64,000 nt of DNA from Glaucostegus cemiculus (lineage: Eukaryota): the NCBI GenBank assembly GCA_976551045.1, contig CDPCPM010000137.1, forward strand, positions 248,001 to 312,000, in the 5' to 3' direction. Positions 52,201-64,000 of the stretch are shown piece after piece; position 1 is the first letter of the stretch; each line of letters starts with the position of its first letter. Made by a program: the position numbers and the translations under genes. Below the pieces are notes generated by a model, which had not been told where the DNA came from, searched no databases, and was given only the letters and a program-made list of their open reading frames with translations.

Positions 52201-52944
52201 AGACTGTAGACATTAGATTGGGAATAAGGAGAGCATATTGCTTGAGGCAGCAAGGGAGTAGTCAGGTGTAAATTTTATCAAGAACACGTTGCGCTCACTT
52301 GTACATCAGATGAATGTAACATGTTGGAAGGCTGCAAGTCACATGGGTGGAAAAGGCAGGGGACCTTACTATTAGATGTCATGGGAGCTTTCTGACCTTA
52401 GAAGATTTATTAAGTTGGTCCTGTGCTATAAGAGCTATTAATGAGGCACATTACATGGGAGTACAAGTCCTTGAATATAATAACGGCTGGCAATGACTGT
52501 AGTCTCTGTGGCTAGATGAATGAGAATATCAATGTGGAACATCCCTGTTGGGGTACAATACGTACAGTAGAATCAGATAACAAGGAGTGGAAATGGGGAT
52601 GTTCCTTCACAGAGAGACCTGCTCACATGGCATTAATGGAGAACCATGCTCTCCATCAGGTTTTGAATAATGTGCTCTGTGTAATAATTCTGAGCAGAAA
52701 GTGGATCATTTGCTAACAGATGGATTTGTTTCATTAACATGCAACTGAATCTAACAAAGGGAACTAAACTGGGGTTAATGTGACATTTTAAGTTCTAAAA
52801 AAAACACTTTTTAGCTCTTTTTTTACGTCAGATACCAGAATTGATTATGCAGATATGCTTTTGCAGAACTTGAAAACTGTAACCGAGATTTTTAGCAATT
52901 CCTGTCACTTCATTCAATTGGATGAGAACCTATGGATTGTTTTT

Positions 52945-53070
52945 GTATTCTGATGAAGGGTCATTGACCTGAAGTTCTAACTTTGTTTCTCTCTGTACAG
53001 ATACTGGCTGACTTGCTGAATATTTCCAGAATTTTCTATTTGTATTGGTATTTTATTTGTTGGGATGCCA
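52945..53070 (+). mobile_element. Penelope-like terminal repeat fragment (hammerhead-like core at 52950-52974)
   Basis: ctgatgaagggtcattgacctgaag...acagatactggctgacttgctga; homologous to 34903-35000. Confidence 0.6.
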
Positions 53071-54002
53071 TCAGAATCAGAATCAGAATCAAAATCAGAA
53101 TCGGTTTTTATTGTCACAACCATATACACAGTATGCATAGGAGCGAGATACCATCCTCCACAAGTGCACGTCACATTAAATATTAAACAGAAGAGACACA
53201 CAGACAGAAAGACAATGAAAAACATTAGAACCAGAAAAATTAAATTAAATTGATTATGCAACTTAAATAAATAGTTTTAAAATGAGCGAACTGGCAGCGG
53301 ACATTTAAAGTGCTGGTGCGTTTCTGAGCGCCTAGCATCCTTTAGTGTTGGCAGGAGAGATGGAGGGATGAGAGAGTTCACAGATCTGATGGCTTGCGGG
53401 AAGAAGCTATTACACAGCCTGGTTGTTCTTGCCTTGATGCATTGAGCCTTCTTCCAGACGGCAAGAGTGTGAAGAGATAACGGGAGGGATGAGAAGGATC
53501 CGACATTATATTTTTGGCCTTCCTAACACATTCGTCCTTGTATATGTCTGCGATGGAGGGTAGAGAGACACCTATGATCTTCTCCGCTGCCCTCACTATT
53601 CTCTGGAGGGACTTCCGTCCAGCAGCTGAGCAGCTCCCAAACCAGACAGTGATACATTGAGTTAGGATGCTCTCGATAGTCCCTCTATAAAAAGTTTTCA
53701 TTACCGAGGGATGGGAGTTCACTTTCCTCAGTCTCCGCAGGAAGTAGAGGCGTTTCTGGGCTTTCTTAGTGGGGGCCGTGATGTTAGTGGACCAGGTCAG
53801 GTCATCAGTGATGTGCACCACCAGGAACTTGGTGCTGCATACTTGTTCCACAGACCTGTTGATGGTCAGCGGGGCGTGCACCCAGTGACCTCTCCTGAAA
53901 TCCACTATCATCTCCTTGTTTTTTTCCACATTCAAGGAGAGGTTGTTGTTTCTGCACCACATGGCCAGTTGTCTCACCTCCTCTCTGTAGTCCAAATCAT
54001 CA
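53071..54002 (-). mobile_element. young Rex1/Babar-type LINE, 5'-truncated, (TTCTGA)n tail, 88-bp flanking duplication
   Basis: 205-aa ORF with WCRNNNLSLNVEK, KAQKRLYFLRRL and CITVWFG; microsatellite tail at 53071-53102. Confidence 0.88.
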
Positions 54003-55946
54003 TTGTTTCTCTTTGTACAGATACTGGCTGACTTGCTGAATATTTCCAGAATTTTCTATTTGTATTGGTATTTTATTTGTTGGGATGCCAACAATTTCGC
54101 AAGCCAGTGACAAAATTAACCCTGTGCTGTCAACTCCAACTTTAATACCTCTGACACGCTGCATTTATTTTCTTTACACTTGCATTATTTTTACTGTGGG
54201 CACTGGCGTACAATTACCTGCCAGTGGTAAGAAACCAGATTTTCTTTGTCAAAGGTCTGGTATAGGTGAAGAATTCCTGAAGTGTTGGCAGCCATTTAAA
54301 TTCCTTTGTTCTCCCTTTTGTGCTTGGGTTATGTGATGTGGAATGAGGGAATGAGATAAGTGTTGATGAGAGGGGTTGAATGCTGTATGCTGTGCACCAT
54401 CAGGTTGTGTAATTCAAATAAATTAAATTAAATTAATATGATGCAGGCAGATGAATCATCTTGTAAAGTTGCCTTAGTCCAGTCTCTTGATGTTTTTGAA
54501 ATGTGTTGCAATTTGAAATGAGTCACTTGCAACTGTGAATTTAGATACTTAATAACGTAACAATTACTGTAAGACACAAGACCAGATGGATTTGAAAATA
54601 AAGTCAGCAATTTGTGATAATTGTGTAATAACTAAAATACAGTCATTTTGGGGGTTAATGGTAAAAATGGTTTGTACTGAGAATGCTTCTCCAAATTGTC
54701 TTATATTGTGCCGCCAGATGGAAAGTCTACAAGTTGCTGTTGGATTTTCTTGGGAAATTTTAACTATATCGACAACATTAAATTGCAAGATGCCACCTGC
54801 TTCAATATATTAAAGAGTACCTGGTGCAACTATTCTAAAGCTGACTGTTGTTGCTCTCTGGACTATTGGTCAGCATGGGGCAACGAAGTCATCATCTGAT
54901 GGTGTTCACCTAATAAATGTATACTCAACTTGTCTAATCAGAAAATTGGGTAAAATCTGTAATTATTGTATCTCCAACTACTTTATGCAACAACTTTCCA
55001 CAATTGTCATCTGACTGACTGAGGATTTCAGCTTGTGTAGAATGTCTGCAGTTCTGTTTTTGATTTATGTTTAACCACTTTTATTGAATTCTTTGTATAA
55101 GTAATAAGGGGGTAAAACAAGGGACAAGGTGAATGTGGTAAAACTTGGATTTTCAGTTTTAATAAGATGTCATGCAAGAGCGTTGTGTTAAAGATCAGAT
55201 CATGTGGATCAATAAACAACAAAATGGATTGCTGCAAAACAAACCAAAGTTAAGAAAGGTGAGCTGGAAGGAATGGAAAGTATCAAATTATCACAGATTG
55301 GTAAGACTAATAAAGTAGAGACCTGTATCAAAATACAGGAAGCCATTGACAGACTTGCATTTGAAAAGCATGATGTGGCTTATTCCAGCAGGAATAATAA
55401 GGATGCTATTCATTCATTGGGTAATAAGAATATAAATTGGGTAAACCACAAGCATCAGGTTCTTGAACCGATCTGCACATCCCTAACCCTAATTCAGCAA
55501 TGGAACATTATGTACCGCCTTTTGCACCACCATGGACTTTTCTCTGATTGTGTTTTTTTTTTGCACTTAGATCTTGTTTTTGCATACTCTCTTTTTCTCT
55601 CTCTTCACTGTCTTGTATAATTTATGTAAAGTTTATATTCTGTGTGTTATCTGTCTGTACCTAGGTGCCTGTGATGCTGCTGCAAGCTAGTTTTTCATTG
55701 TACCTGTACCTCACCATAGTTGCGCACATGAAATAACTCAACTCGAAAAGTCGACTGTTTATTTCCCTCCATAGATGCTGCCTGACCTGCTGAGTTCCTC
55801 CAGCATTTTGTGTGTGTTGGTCAAAATTCCAGCAACTGCTGAATCTCTTGTGAACTCCACTTAAATTGGAATGAAGTGTTTCAGGAATCGTGGTATGTTG
55901 GACCATAAAAAGTGCAATGCCAGGTTTAATTTCTAGAGGTGAAAAT

Positions 55947-56130
55947 GCAAAATACTAGAAATAGTCTGTATTTTTGGAAGGAAGAACAGAGGTAATATTT
56001 TAGATCAATGAAAGGTTATCAATGAGAAGCATTAACTCTGTTTCTTGCTCTGAAGGTGTTGCCTAACCTGATGAGCATTTTCAAGGTGTTCTGTTTTTAT
56101 TTCAGTTTTCTAGCATTTGCAGTATTTTGC
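55947..56130. repeat. palindromic Penelope-terminus-derived element
   Basis: Terminal 10-bp inverted repeat gcaaaatact/agtattttgc; the right arm is homologous to 34930-35025. Confidence 0.55.
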
Positions 56131-56497
56131 TTTCCCCTTTCATAACCCATGTTAAATCTGCATAATTATATTATGATTTTCTAAATGTCTTGTTACTGTT
56201 TTAGTAATGGATTCCAGCATTTTCTTTATGACAGATGTTGTGCTAATGGGTAAAAAGTCAAATTCAATGTCAAGTTTATTGTCATATGCACAAGTGCATG
56301 AATGCACAGGTGCAATGAAAACTTACAGCAGCATCACAGGCACATAGTATTAAATAAGCAGCATTCACAAGAAGAACATAAATTAAACATAAATTATGCA
56401 CAATTTTACAAGAAAGAACACAATTAGAACAAAACAAAACAAAGTCCATTTTAGTGTAAAGTGAGCAATGTCATCATAGTGTTGGTATACTCTAGAG

Positions 56498-58524
56498 CAG
56501 ACGTTTTCAACTTGTGGTCCGCGTGGCGGGTTGCCAGGGAGTCTGTGAGCAAACCAAGAAAAAAATGGAAAAGCGACCTGTTACGAAGGCATAGCTTACT
56601 TGCTTGCTCCAGTTTTCCACTATTCAGAAAATCGGCCATATCTATTCTATCTGTTACAGGCAACAATCTTAGACGGTGTTCCCTTCTGGTAAGCTACCGC
56701 TTAATATTCGATTTGTGTAGTCAGAGTAGTCGGTAGTGTTCCTTACTCACTACTGTTCTGTTGTGCACTGTAGTTATAGTGAGACTGAGTGATGTTGTTG
56801 GTGTGCCTTAATAATATTGCTTACTTACCATGCATTTACACCACAGCGACATCACTGTTAAACAAAAAGTGCACAACCGTGTAAATTTTAGATTAGTTTT
56901 GATATTTTTGTTTATCAGTAATAGTAGTTAAACTGTCCAGCATGTATTGCTGAGTATGGAGAAATTTCTGAAGAGAAAAGCTGACCAGAAACTGGAAGAT
57001 TCTGATGATGAAGGGGATAAGGGTGACCGAAAGAGAAAACAACGCAAGTACAATTCAGAATACATTTCATTTGTCCCCACTTCATCGCAGTGGGGACAAA
57101 TGCGGACCAACCTCTCTGTGTTGTGTGTTTGCAAACACTATCCAACAATGCAATGATCCAGCGAAATTGAAGTGCCATTTAACAACAGCGCCTCCAGATA
57201 TTGCCAGTAAGCCGAAGGAATATTTTGAATGGCAAAAGGAGCTGTACCTCAAGCAGAAAGGCAAAATGACAGCCTGCGCCACTGTAAGTGAGAAGGCTCT
57301 TCACGCATCATATTTGGTAGCATTATGAATAGCACGTCTCAGAAAGCCTCACACAATTGGACAAGAGCTTATACTGCCTGCAGCAGTAGATAGGTGCGAA
57401 GTTGTACTGGGGAAAGAATCCAGTCAAAAACTGAAAGCCATTCCATTGTCTGATAACACAGTAAGCAGAAGAATTGACGATATGGTGGAAGATATACAGA
57501 GCCAGCTGATAGCACATCTTCAGCAAGTCAGATTTGCGATTCAGCTCGATGAAAGTACTGATGTTGCCTGTGCTGTGCAGTTGTCGGTTTATGTTCGATA
57601 TTGCTGGGAAGGAGAGGCTTTGGCAGACATTTTGTTTTGCAAGGCATTCCCAGGGCATGCAACTGGTGAAGAACTTTTCCGTGTGCTTGACACTTTTTTT
57701 GTACAATTGGCATTGGCATGGACACAGTATATCTATCATTACAAGGATCTGGCTCAAATGTTCTGAAAACGCATGACAAAATGAAAAAACTCCTTATCTG
57801 GAAGGGAAGATGCGAGCAAGGTGTTTATGATATGTTTCCATTGCTGGCTGACTTTCTGACAGTGAATGAGATGAAGACAGAGGCCATTGCGAGCACCGTT
57901 TTGCATCATATTCAACAGCTGTCACATTATTTCCATGAGTATTTAGGCGACGATGACACGAGCATGTTTGATTGGATTCAAAATCCATTTGAATGCATGC
58001 TTACTGATTTAACTGGATGTGAACAAGAAGAATTGGCTGAACTGTCATCTGACAGGACTTTGCGCTTGCAGTTCAACCGAATGTCACTGTTGTCATTCTG
58101 GATAGCACGTTCCCAGGAGTATCCCCTGCTGTCCGGCAAAACAGTCAATGTTCTGTTACCATTTGCAACCACTTACTTGTGCAAAATAGCATTCTCTGCA
58201 GACACTGCCATGAAAACCAAATACTGATCAAGACTGAATATTGAGGATGACATACGTGTATGTTTGTCGCACATATCATCATGTTTGGACAAACTCTGCA
58301 GTGCAAAACAGGCACAACCTTTACATTGAACTGAACACTGAAAGACACGGCTGGTAATCATCAGTGATTGAAATAGCTACTATTTCAATAGGGCCTATGT
58401 GCAGTAATTTAAGTGTTGCATGCATAAATTATCAATTGTTTGATTTTGTGGGCTTTCAGGGTCCACCATCTAACAAGGGCATGTTCTGGGGGGGCCGCAG
58501 CATGGAAAAGGTTGAAAACCACTG
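56498..58524 (+). mobile_element. hAT (Buster/Charlie) DNA transposon, internally deleted
   Basis: TIRs cagacgttttcaact / ggttgaaaaccactg; 8-bp TSD ctctagag (56490-97) / ctccagag (58525-32), matching the NTCTAGAN-type Buster target. Confidence 0.92.
56956..58329 (+). pseudogene. disrupted Buster-type transposase (ZBED5/ZBED8-like family)
   Basis: RKYNSEY, BED-finger PAKLKCHL, LSDNTVSRRIDDM, FAIQLDESTD and LLPFATTYLC motifs, broken by frameshifts and stops. Confidence 0.88.
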
Positions 58525-58859
58525 CTCCAGAGATTAGGGTTGTGTTGGTAGGTTCAGGAAGTGAATGGTTGATGGGAAGTAGCTGTTCTTGAACCTGGTG
58601 GTGTGGAACATCAGGCTTCTGTACCTCCTGCCCGATGGTAGCTTTAAGAAGATGGCATGGTCCAGATGGTGGGGATCTTTGATGATTGATGTTGCCTTCT
58701 TGAAGCAGCACTTCATGCAGACTGTTCCGGTGGTAGAGAGGCATACGCCCACGTTGTACTGGGCTGAGTCCACTATACCCTGCAGCTTCTTACATTCCTG
58801 TGCATTCTAATTATATCATTTTCTGCTGTCTGACTTCCTCTTTTTTTGAATTGAGATTT

Positions 58860-59140
58860 TATATTTATGGTTTTTCAATCTTTTGGGCTCTTTCCAGAAT
58901 ACAGACACTTTTGAAAGATCAAAGTCAATGCTCTCTGCAGCCATTTCTTTAAAGAACTTGGATATAGTTCAACAGATCCGGGGCATTTATCAGCCTTTTG
59001 TCCCATTAGTTTTCTTTTATTTTTTCTCCAGTGAATGATTGTTTTTGTTTCTCCCTTCCATTTGCCCCAGATTGTCCGCAATTGTTACGATATGTTCAGT
59101 GCATTCTACTGTAAAGACAGATAAAAGATACCTTTTTAAA
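58860..59140 (-). mobile_element. degenerate CR1 ORF2 fragment
   Basis: KADKCPGSVELYPSSLKK...LTLIFQKCL..GKSPKD, similar to CR1 KSPGPDEIHPRVLKE. Confidence 0.6.
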
Positions 59141-59149
59141 GACCGAGGG

Positions 59150-59940
59150 CAGACAGGTTATTGTGGGAATGGGAAGGGAAAATGACATGCAACCTGAAGC
59201 TCAAGGTGGTCGTTGTGGACACAACCTAGTCCATGCTTGGTCTCGCCAGTGTCAAGTAGGCCACATTGCAAGAACCAAATGCAAAAGACCAGATTGGAGG
59301 AAGTGCACACAAATCTCTGTCTCTCCTGGAAGGCCTGTTTAGCTCCTTGAATAGTGGTGAGTGAGGAGGTGTAGGGACCTCCCTATGGTTGCAGGAGGAA
59401 GTAGTGGGGACAGGATGGGGTGGGTGGGAAGGTATGAGTGGACCATGGTGTCACAGAGGGAGTGATGTCTGCATAATGCAGAAAGGCGATGGAGATGGGA
59501 AGATGTGATTGGCTGTGGGATCCTCCTGGCATGGCAGAAGCAGCAAAGGATACTGTGCTGGATGTGGAGACTAGCGGAGTGAAAGATTGGAGGAGGGCAG
59601 TGGTGAGAGCTATGGTGAGAGGGAGTCATGTTTCCTTGAGAAGGAGGATACTTCACAAGTCCTGGAGTGGAGAACCTCAGCTTGAGAGCAGATGAGGCAG
59701 AGACGAAGAAACTGAGAGAAGGGGATGGTGTCCTTCCAGGAGGCAGGGTGGGAGGAGTGTAGCTGAGGTTAACTGTGAGAGTCAGTAGGTTTGTAGTAGG
59801 TATCAGTGGGTAGTTTGTCTCATGAGATGCAGTCAGAGAGATCCAGAAATGGAAGAAAAGTGTCAGTGATAGTCCAGGTGAGTTTGAAGGCAGGGCGGAA
59901 GTTGGTGGCGAAGGTGATAAAATTGCTGATGTGAAGCATT
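59150..59940 (-). mobile_element. Penelope-like element remnant (RT C-terminus + GIY-YIG endonuclease)
   Basis: Minus-strand FQERQRFVCTSSNLVFCIWFLQCGLLDTGETKHGLG (GIY-YIG-like) at about 59225-59335; upstream YYKPTDSH and IPFSQFLRL-like motifs. Confidence 0.75.
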
Positions 59941-60319
59941 TCCCTACAGAATGACACTCTCTTTCCTCAGTCCTGCTGCCAGTGCCCCAGAACTTTTCCC
60001 ACACCAGTCTGTGAGCCATGCATTCAACTCCCTGATCTTATTAATACAATGCCATTTTGCATGTGGTTCACGTACTAATCCAAATCTTATTATCTTTGTG
60101 GTTCTGGTTTCTAATTTAGACCAGAGCTATTCAAATTCTCAACTAAACCTCTTTCCTAGAATTGTCAGTAATTAGAAAATCCAGACTATCTTACACTCAG
60201 GAGTTGATAGATGGGGTTGTTAGTGAATGCAACATCAAGAGGTCACATGTCAATGGTGGGCCTACTGAATCCCTACTTTCAGCTAAGTTACTATAGAGAG
60301 ATGTATCATCCTCTAGAGA

Positions 60320-60650
60320 GGCGACACAGTGGCATAGCTAGCAGAGTTGTTGCCTCTCATCTCCAGGGAGAGAGGTTCAATCCTGACATCTGGTGCTCTC
60401 TATATAGAGCTTGAAAGTTCTCACTGTGACGATAAGGGTTTTCTCCAGGTCCTCTGCTTTTCCTCCCACATTCCATAGACAGGTAGGTTGGTAGCCACTG
60501 GCCACTGTAACTTGCCTCCATTGTGTAGCTGAGTGATAGAATCTCAGAGGAGTTGATTGGAATGTGGAGAAAATAAAATGGGATTTGTGTACATAATGTA
60601 CTCGGTAGTCAGTGGGCTGAACAACTTGTTTCCTTGCTGTATGACTCCAT
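60320..60650 (+). mobile_element. diverged V-domain SINE with CR1-like tail
   Basis: B-box ggttcaatcc, V-core gggttttctccaggt..tttcctcccacattcca, tail gggctgaa..cttgtttccttgctgtatgactc. Confidence 0.7.
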
Positions 60651-60876
60651 CTCTCTAAAAGGAGAGTTATCAGGATCAGCATGGAGCAGCTCCCAGCTGC
60701 TGGTGTTCAAAGAGGCATTGGAAGATGCAGGGAACCAAGATATTGTCTGTTTCTCTTCTGAAAGGTCTCACATGACATTTTGAGAAGCAGATGGATTGAC
60801 AAAAAGCAAAATAAGCAATTTGAAAGGAAGTAAGACAAATCAATTCAGAGCAGTGAAACTACACATGGCTAACAGT

Positions 60877-61552
60877 GTCAGCTGTAACTCAGTTGATGCA
60901 CTCTTGAATCTGAGAAGGTTGTGAGTCTGTACAGAGACTCAGCTTAAAAATCTAGGCAGACATTTCAGTGCAGCTCAGTAGGAATGCTGCTCTGACAAAC
61001 ATGGAGTCTTTAGGATAAAATGAAACTTCTGGCCTCTCGGGTGAATGTTAAAGATCCTGTGCTTGACACTACACAAATATAGGAGGTTTGTCTCTGGTGC
61101 TCTGAACAATGTTTACTGTTCCTCAACAATGGTTAGACAGATTACTTGGTCATTATCTCAGTGCTGCTTGTGAAAGTTTGCTGAGCAAGGATTGCCCATG
61201 ATGTTTCCTACACTGAAAGAGTGACACGATAGCGTAGCGGTTAGCGCGACGCTGTTACAGCACCAGCGATCGGGGTTTGATTCCTGTTGCTGACCGTAAG
61301 GAGTTTGTACGTCCTCCCGTGTCTGTGTGGGTTTCCTCCGGGTGCTCCAGTTTCCTCTCACGTTCCAAAGACGTACGGATAGGTTAATTTGGGGGGTTTA
61401 AAATGGGCGGTGTGGACTCATTGGGCCAAATAGGCCTGTTACCACGCTGTAAATAAAATATTTTAAAAAACTACATTTCAAAAAGGAATTCATTGCCTGT
61501 AAACAGGAAGTTCCCAAAACCACGAAAGACAATATTTAATGCAAGTCTTTTC
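60877..61552 (+). mobile_element. Deu-domain SINE (SacSINE1-like) split by a V-SINE
   Basis: Colinear with the recalled shark DeuSINE consensus (aatctaggc.gaca, aaagatcc, acagatta..tggtcattatc, tgcaagtctttt tail); resumes at about 61471. Confidence 0.7.
61226..61470 (+). mobile_element. young V-domain SINE with CR1-like tail
   Basis: Head and V-core as in 649-924 with many CpGs intact; different 3' end tgggccaaataggcctgttaccacgctgtaaataaa. Confidence 0.85.
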
Positions 61553-63202
61553 GTTCTAACAACATGTTCTGTTTGCAGGAATTTTATTAAACCTAATTGT
61601 TAGTTTAATTCCATTGACTTTATCAAAATCTGTGGACTTTACCAAAGGTTGTGTGCTGCGGTGTAAATTACTGAAGAGTTTTACTTGCTAATGAATTTAA
61701 TTAATGAGCTATCAGATTCTTCTTATGTCTGAACAAATCGCATTAAATAACATTGCCGATAGCATTTGTCTTAATTCTGTCTGTGTTGTTTAATGAGTAG
61801 GATTTGTACTCACATTGTGGAATATACCCTGAGGGTGGGAAAATGTATTAAATCCATTTCACTGAGTTTAATCACATCAGACAGAGATTTGAAAGAATTT
61901 GCATGAGGAGAGGTTGTCTGTGCCTCCCTCAGAAGTGCCCGATGTCCACAACTATCACCCTAAAACTTTTTAAGTCTGTGACTGAGCCAATGATGGAGCT
62001 TGAGCTTATGTGGGGATGCACTGGGGATAATCTGCTTCACTTACGGACAAGCACGTCAAGGGTTAAAACTCAGCTTCACTAGGAGTGCAGATTAAATGGT
62101 TCTGAATGAGCCATCCATTCAGCATTCTTTCTGATTTTCATTTCTAAGTTTTGTCTGCTGATCAGAAGGGAGCACTTAAGGTAGGAAATCCCAAACTGAA
62201 CTGAGAATTGCCTGTGCAGGGGGTAAGTCACTTCCACTGGCAGAGTGCATCACCTACTCATTATAGAAACTGGTGGACTTATATTTTTCTAATGAATTCT
62301 GCCAGATCACCTTCCAAGAGATGCAGGTGATAATAACCCCAAATCATTCATTTTCATCCCACATGGGTTACATTCACCATAATTGTCCCCATCAGTTACC
62401 CTCTGCAACCCCAAGTCTCCACTCACAGGGCCGTACCACACTGAGCGCAGAAAGCTCCAAATCAATTTTTATGATGCTTTGCCGCATCCTATCTCTTTCC
62501 ACAGCACCACCCCCAACTCCTTCCTCTCCTCACATGATTTAGATTGAGTTGCAAATGGATATTAAGCAATTAAATTCACGCAGTTTACCAACATAATGTT
62601 GGTAAAGTCAAATACAGTTTCTAAAAACGTTGGGCTGCAGGTTACTTGGAGCATGTTAGGAGAATTATAACATGCTCTGAAAAACTGGGAGACAGCTCGG
62701 CCTGATCATGGGCTGTTCACCTGTCACCCAAGCCACTGACTGGCAAACCTCACACACAACCAGTACTGAGGTTGGATTCATCTTTCATCCAGTGAAGTCA
62801 TCATTCAAGTATTTTGAGATGACTCCCCATGTCCCCACTAAAAGCATTCATAGGACTATTTAATTATTTTGTTATTGTTCTCAATTATTTTACTATTTCC
62901 CTGATAATAATGACACAGTTAACTGGTGGAGTAAAACTACCAGCTCCTGGTCCCCAGTTTTCAAGCTACAGGACTGGGGAAAAGCCATTTGTGAATAATT
63001 TATTCTTAAGGTATTTATTTCCTGTGAAAATTATATGATTATTTGTGTTTTCTTCAGTGTGCTTACAGTGTGAAGTTCTGGGTACTTCTACAAACAATGT
63101 TGCAACTCAGAGACCAATCTTCTAGTTGACACTGTAGTTAGAGGTTAACCGAGTTAAAGCAACAATTACTTTTTAACAACCAATATCACATTCCCTAATA
63201 TT

Positions 63203-64000
63203 GCTCCCCTTTAACAGAAAAGAATAGTTACACATATTTACAAAAGTAGATTTACAAATTTATGGGTTGAGGTCCTTTCATTTTCTGGGACCTTTTCAGA
63301 AATGATGAAGTGACTGATGTTTCTCCGGTATCCATTATGGACACAGGCTTCATGTTCCAGTTTTCTTCGTGGGAATGATGAGTAAGTCATAAATGATTAA
63401 TATGAATTTTCCTGAGCTTTCTATCGACTTTCAGCAAGTAATTCAGGCTCCATTTACCTCAGTGACTTCTCCCAGGTCTTATATGGATGTTCATGCCTGA
63501 CAAGGAATACTGAGGACTCAATAAAAGTCCTTTTTTCTGTCTCGGCTGGGAATGTCTTGTTTGGCTGCATTTCCTTTCCTCCACTTTCCTCTTTAGTCTG
63601 ACTGCATCAGGCTTAAACTTGTCCCGAGTCAATGGTAAATCAACATCTCAAACAGGGTGCTTCTAGTATCGGTGTCCTCTACATCAATAGCAAGACTGCA
63701 CATCTGTTCTACATGGATCTACCCAATTTCTCATTCATCAGCTGTTTCTTTAGTGCCTCCTTGAGAGTCCAAACAAATTATTTTGCTTCTTCATTTAAGG
63801 CAGGATGATGTGGGGAGGTGGGGCTATTGCTGGGCATTGACCTCCTGAAATGGATGAAACAGAGTTGTGCTCCATTTTGTGATGGGCTGCAAAGATTGAA
63901 TGTAACTTGTCAAAGGTGATTTTGGTCAAGCCATTCCATGGATAACGGTGGACTGCTACAATCTCTATTCATTGTGTTTTACCTGCTTTTGAAGACTCCT
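63203..64000 (-). mobile_element. degenerate Gypsy integrase remnant running off the window end
   Basis: Minus-strand SPHHPALNEEAK*FVWTLKEALKK (SPYHP.SNG.AER..TLK-like) at about 63745-63817; PPT-like aaaggggag at about 63204-63212. Confidence 0.6.

Larger units (their letters stand above)
56262..58810 (-). mobile_element. Rex1/Babar-type LINE 3' end split by the hAT transposon
   Basis: 3'UTR at 56262-56497; coding remnant SIIKDPHH..LPSGRRYRSL..TTRFKNSYFP at 58534-58800. Confidence 0.75.

Noticed and set aside
56956-58329. Domesticated ZBED5/ZBED8/SCAND3-like host gene
   Set aside because: Frameshifts, stops, a core deletion and intact TIR/TSD show a dead transposon copy.
59339-60019. 226-aa minus-strand ORF
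   Set aside because: Off-frame reading of a decayed Penelope element.

Overview
Eukaryotic (vertebrate) genomic DNA. The repeat landscape (V-domain and Deu-domain tRNA-SINEs, CR1, Rex/Babar, Penelope, fish-type L1) points to a cartilaginous fish; this is inference. The only host gene I can support is a complete six-exon CARD19 (BinCARD/C9orf89) orthologue on the + strand. It has a CpG-island promoter at about 1.15-1.75 kb and CDS exons 1319-1325, 9593-9729, 11898-12051, 12722-12790, 14715-14786 and 19570-19685 (555 nt, 184 aa, all GT-AG, phases consistent), encoding a CARD plus a C-terminal transmembrane segment. Most of the remainder is nested transposable-element sequence: a near-intact CR1 ORF2, two near-identical inverted L1 fragments, a Buster/Charlie hAT with TIRs and an 8-bp TSD, Gypsy and Penelope remnants, and many SINEs. 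The features most worth follow-up are minimal hammerhead-ribozyme motifs in inverted Penelope termini, an 88-bp target duplication, an internal L1 fragment with a 15-bp TSD, a SINE family with two different LINE tails, a pre-miRNA-sized hairpin, and a possible TM-less CARD19 read-through isoform. I found no convincing wholly new multi-gene system. Repeat boundaries are approximate and family names were assigned by eye, without database searches.
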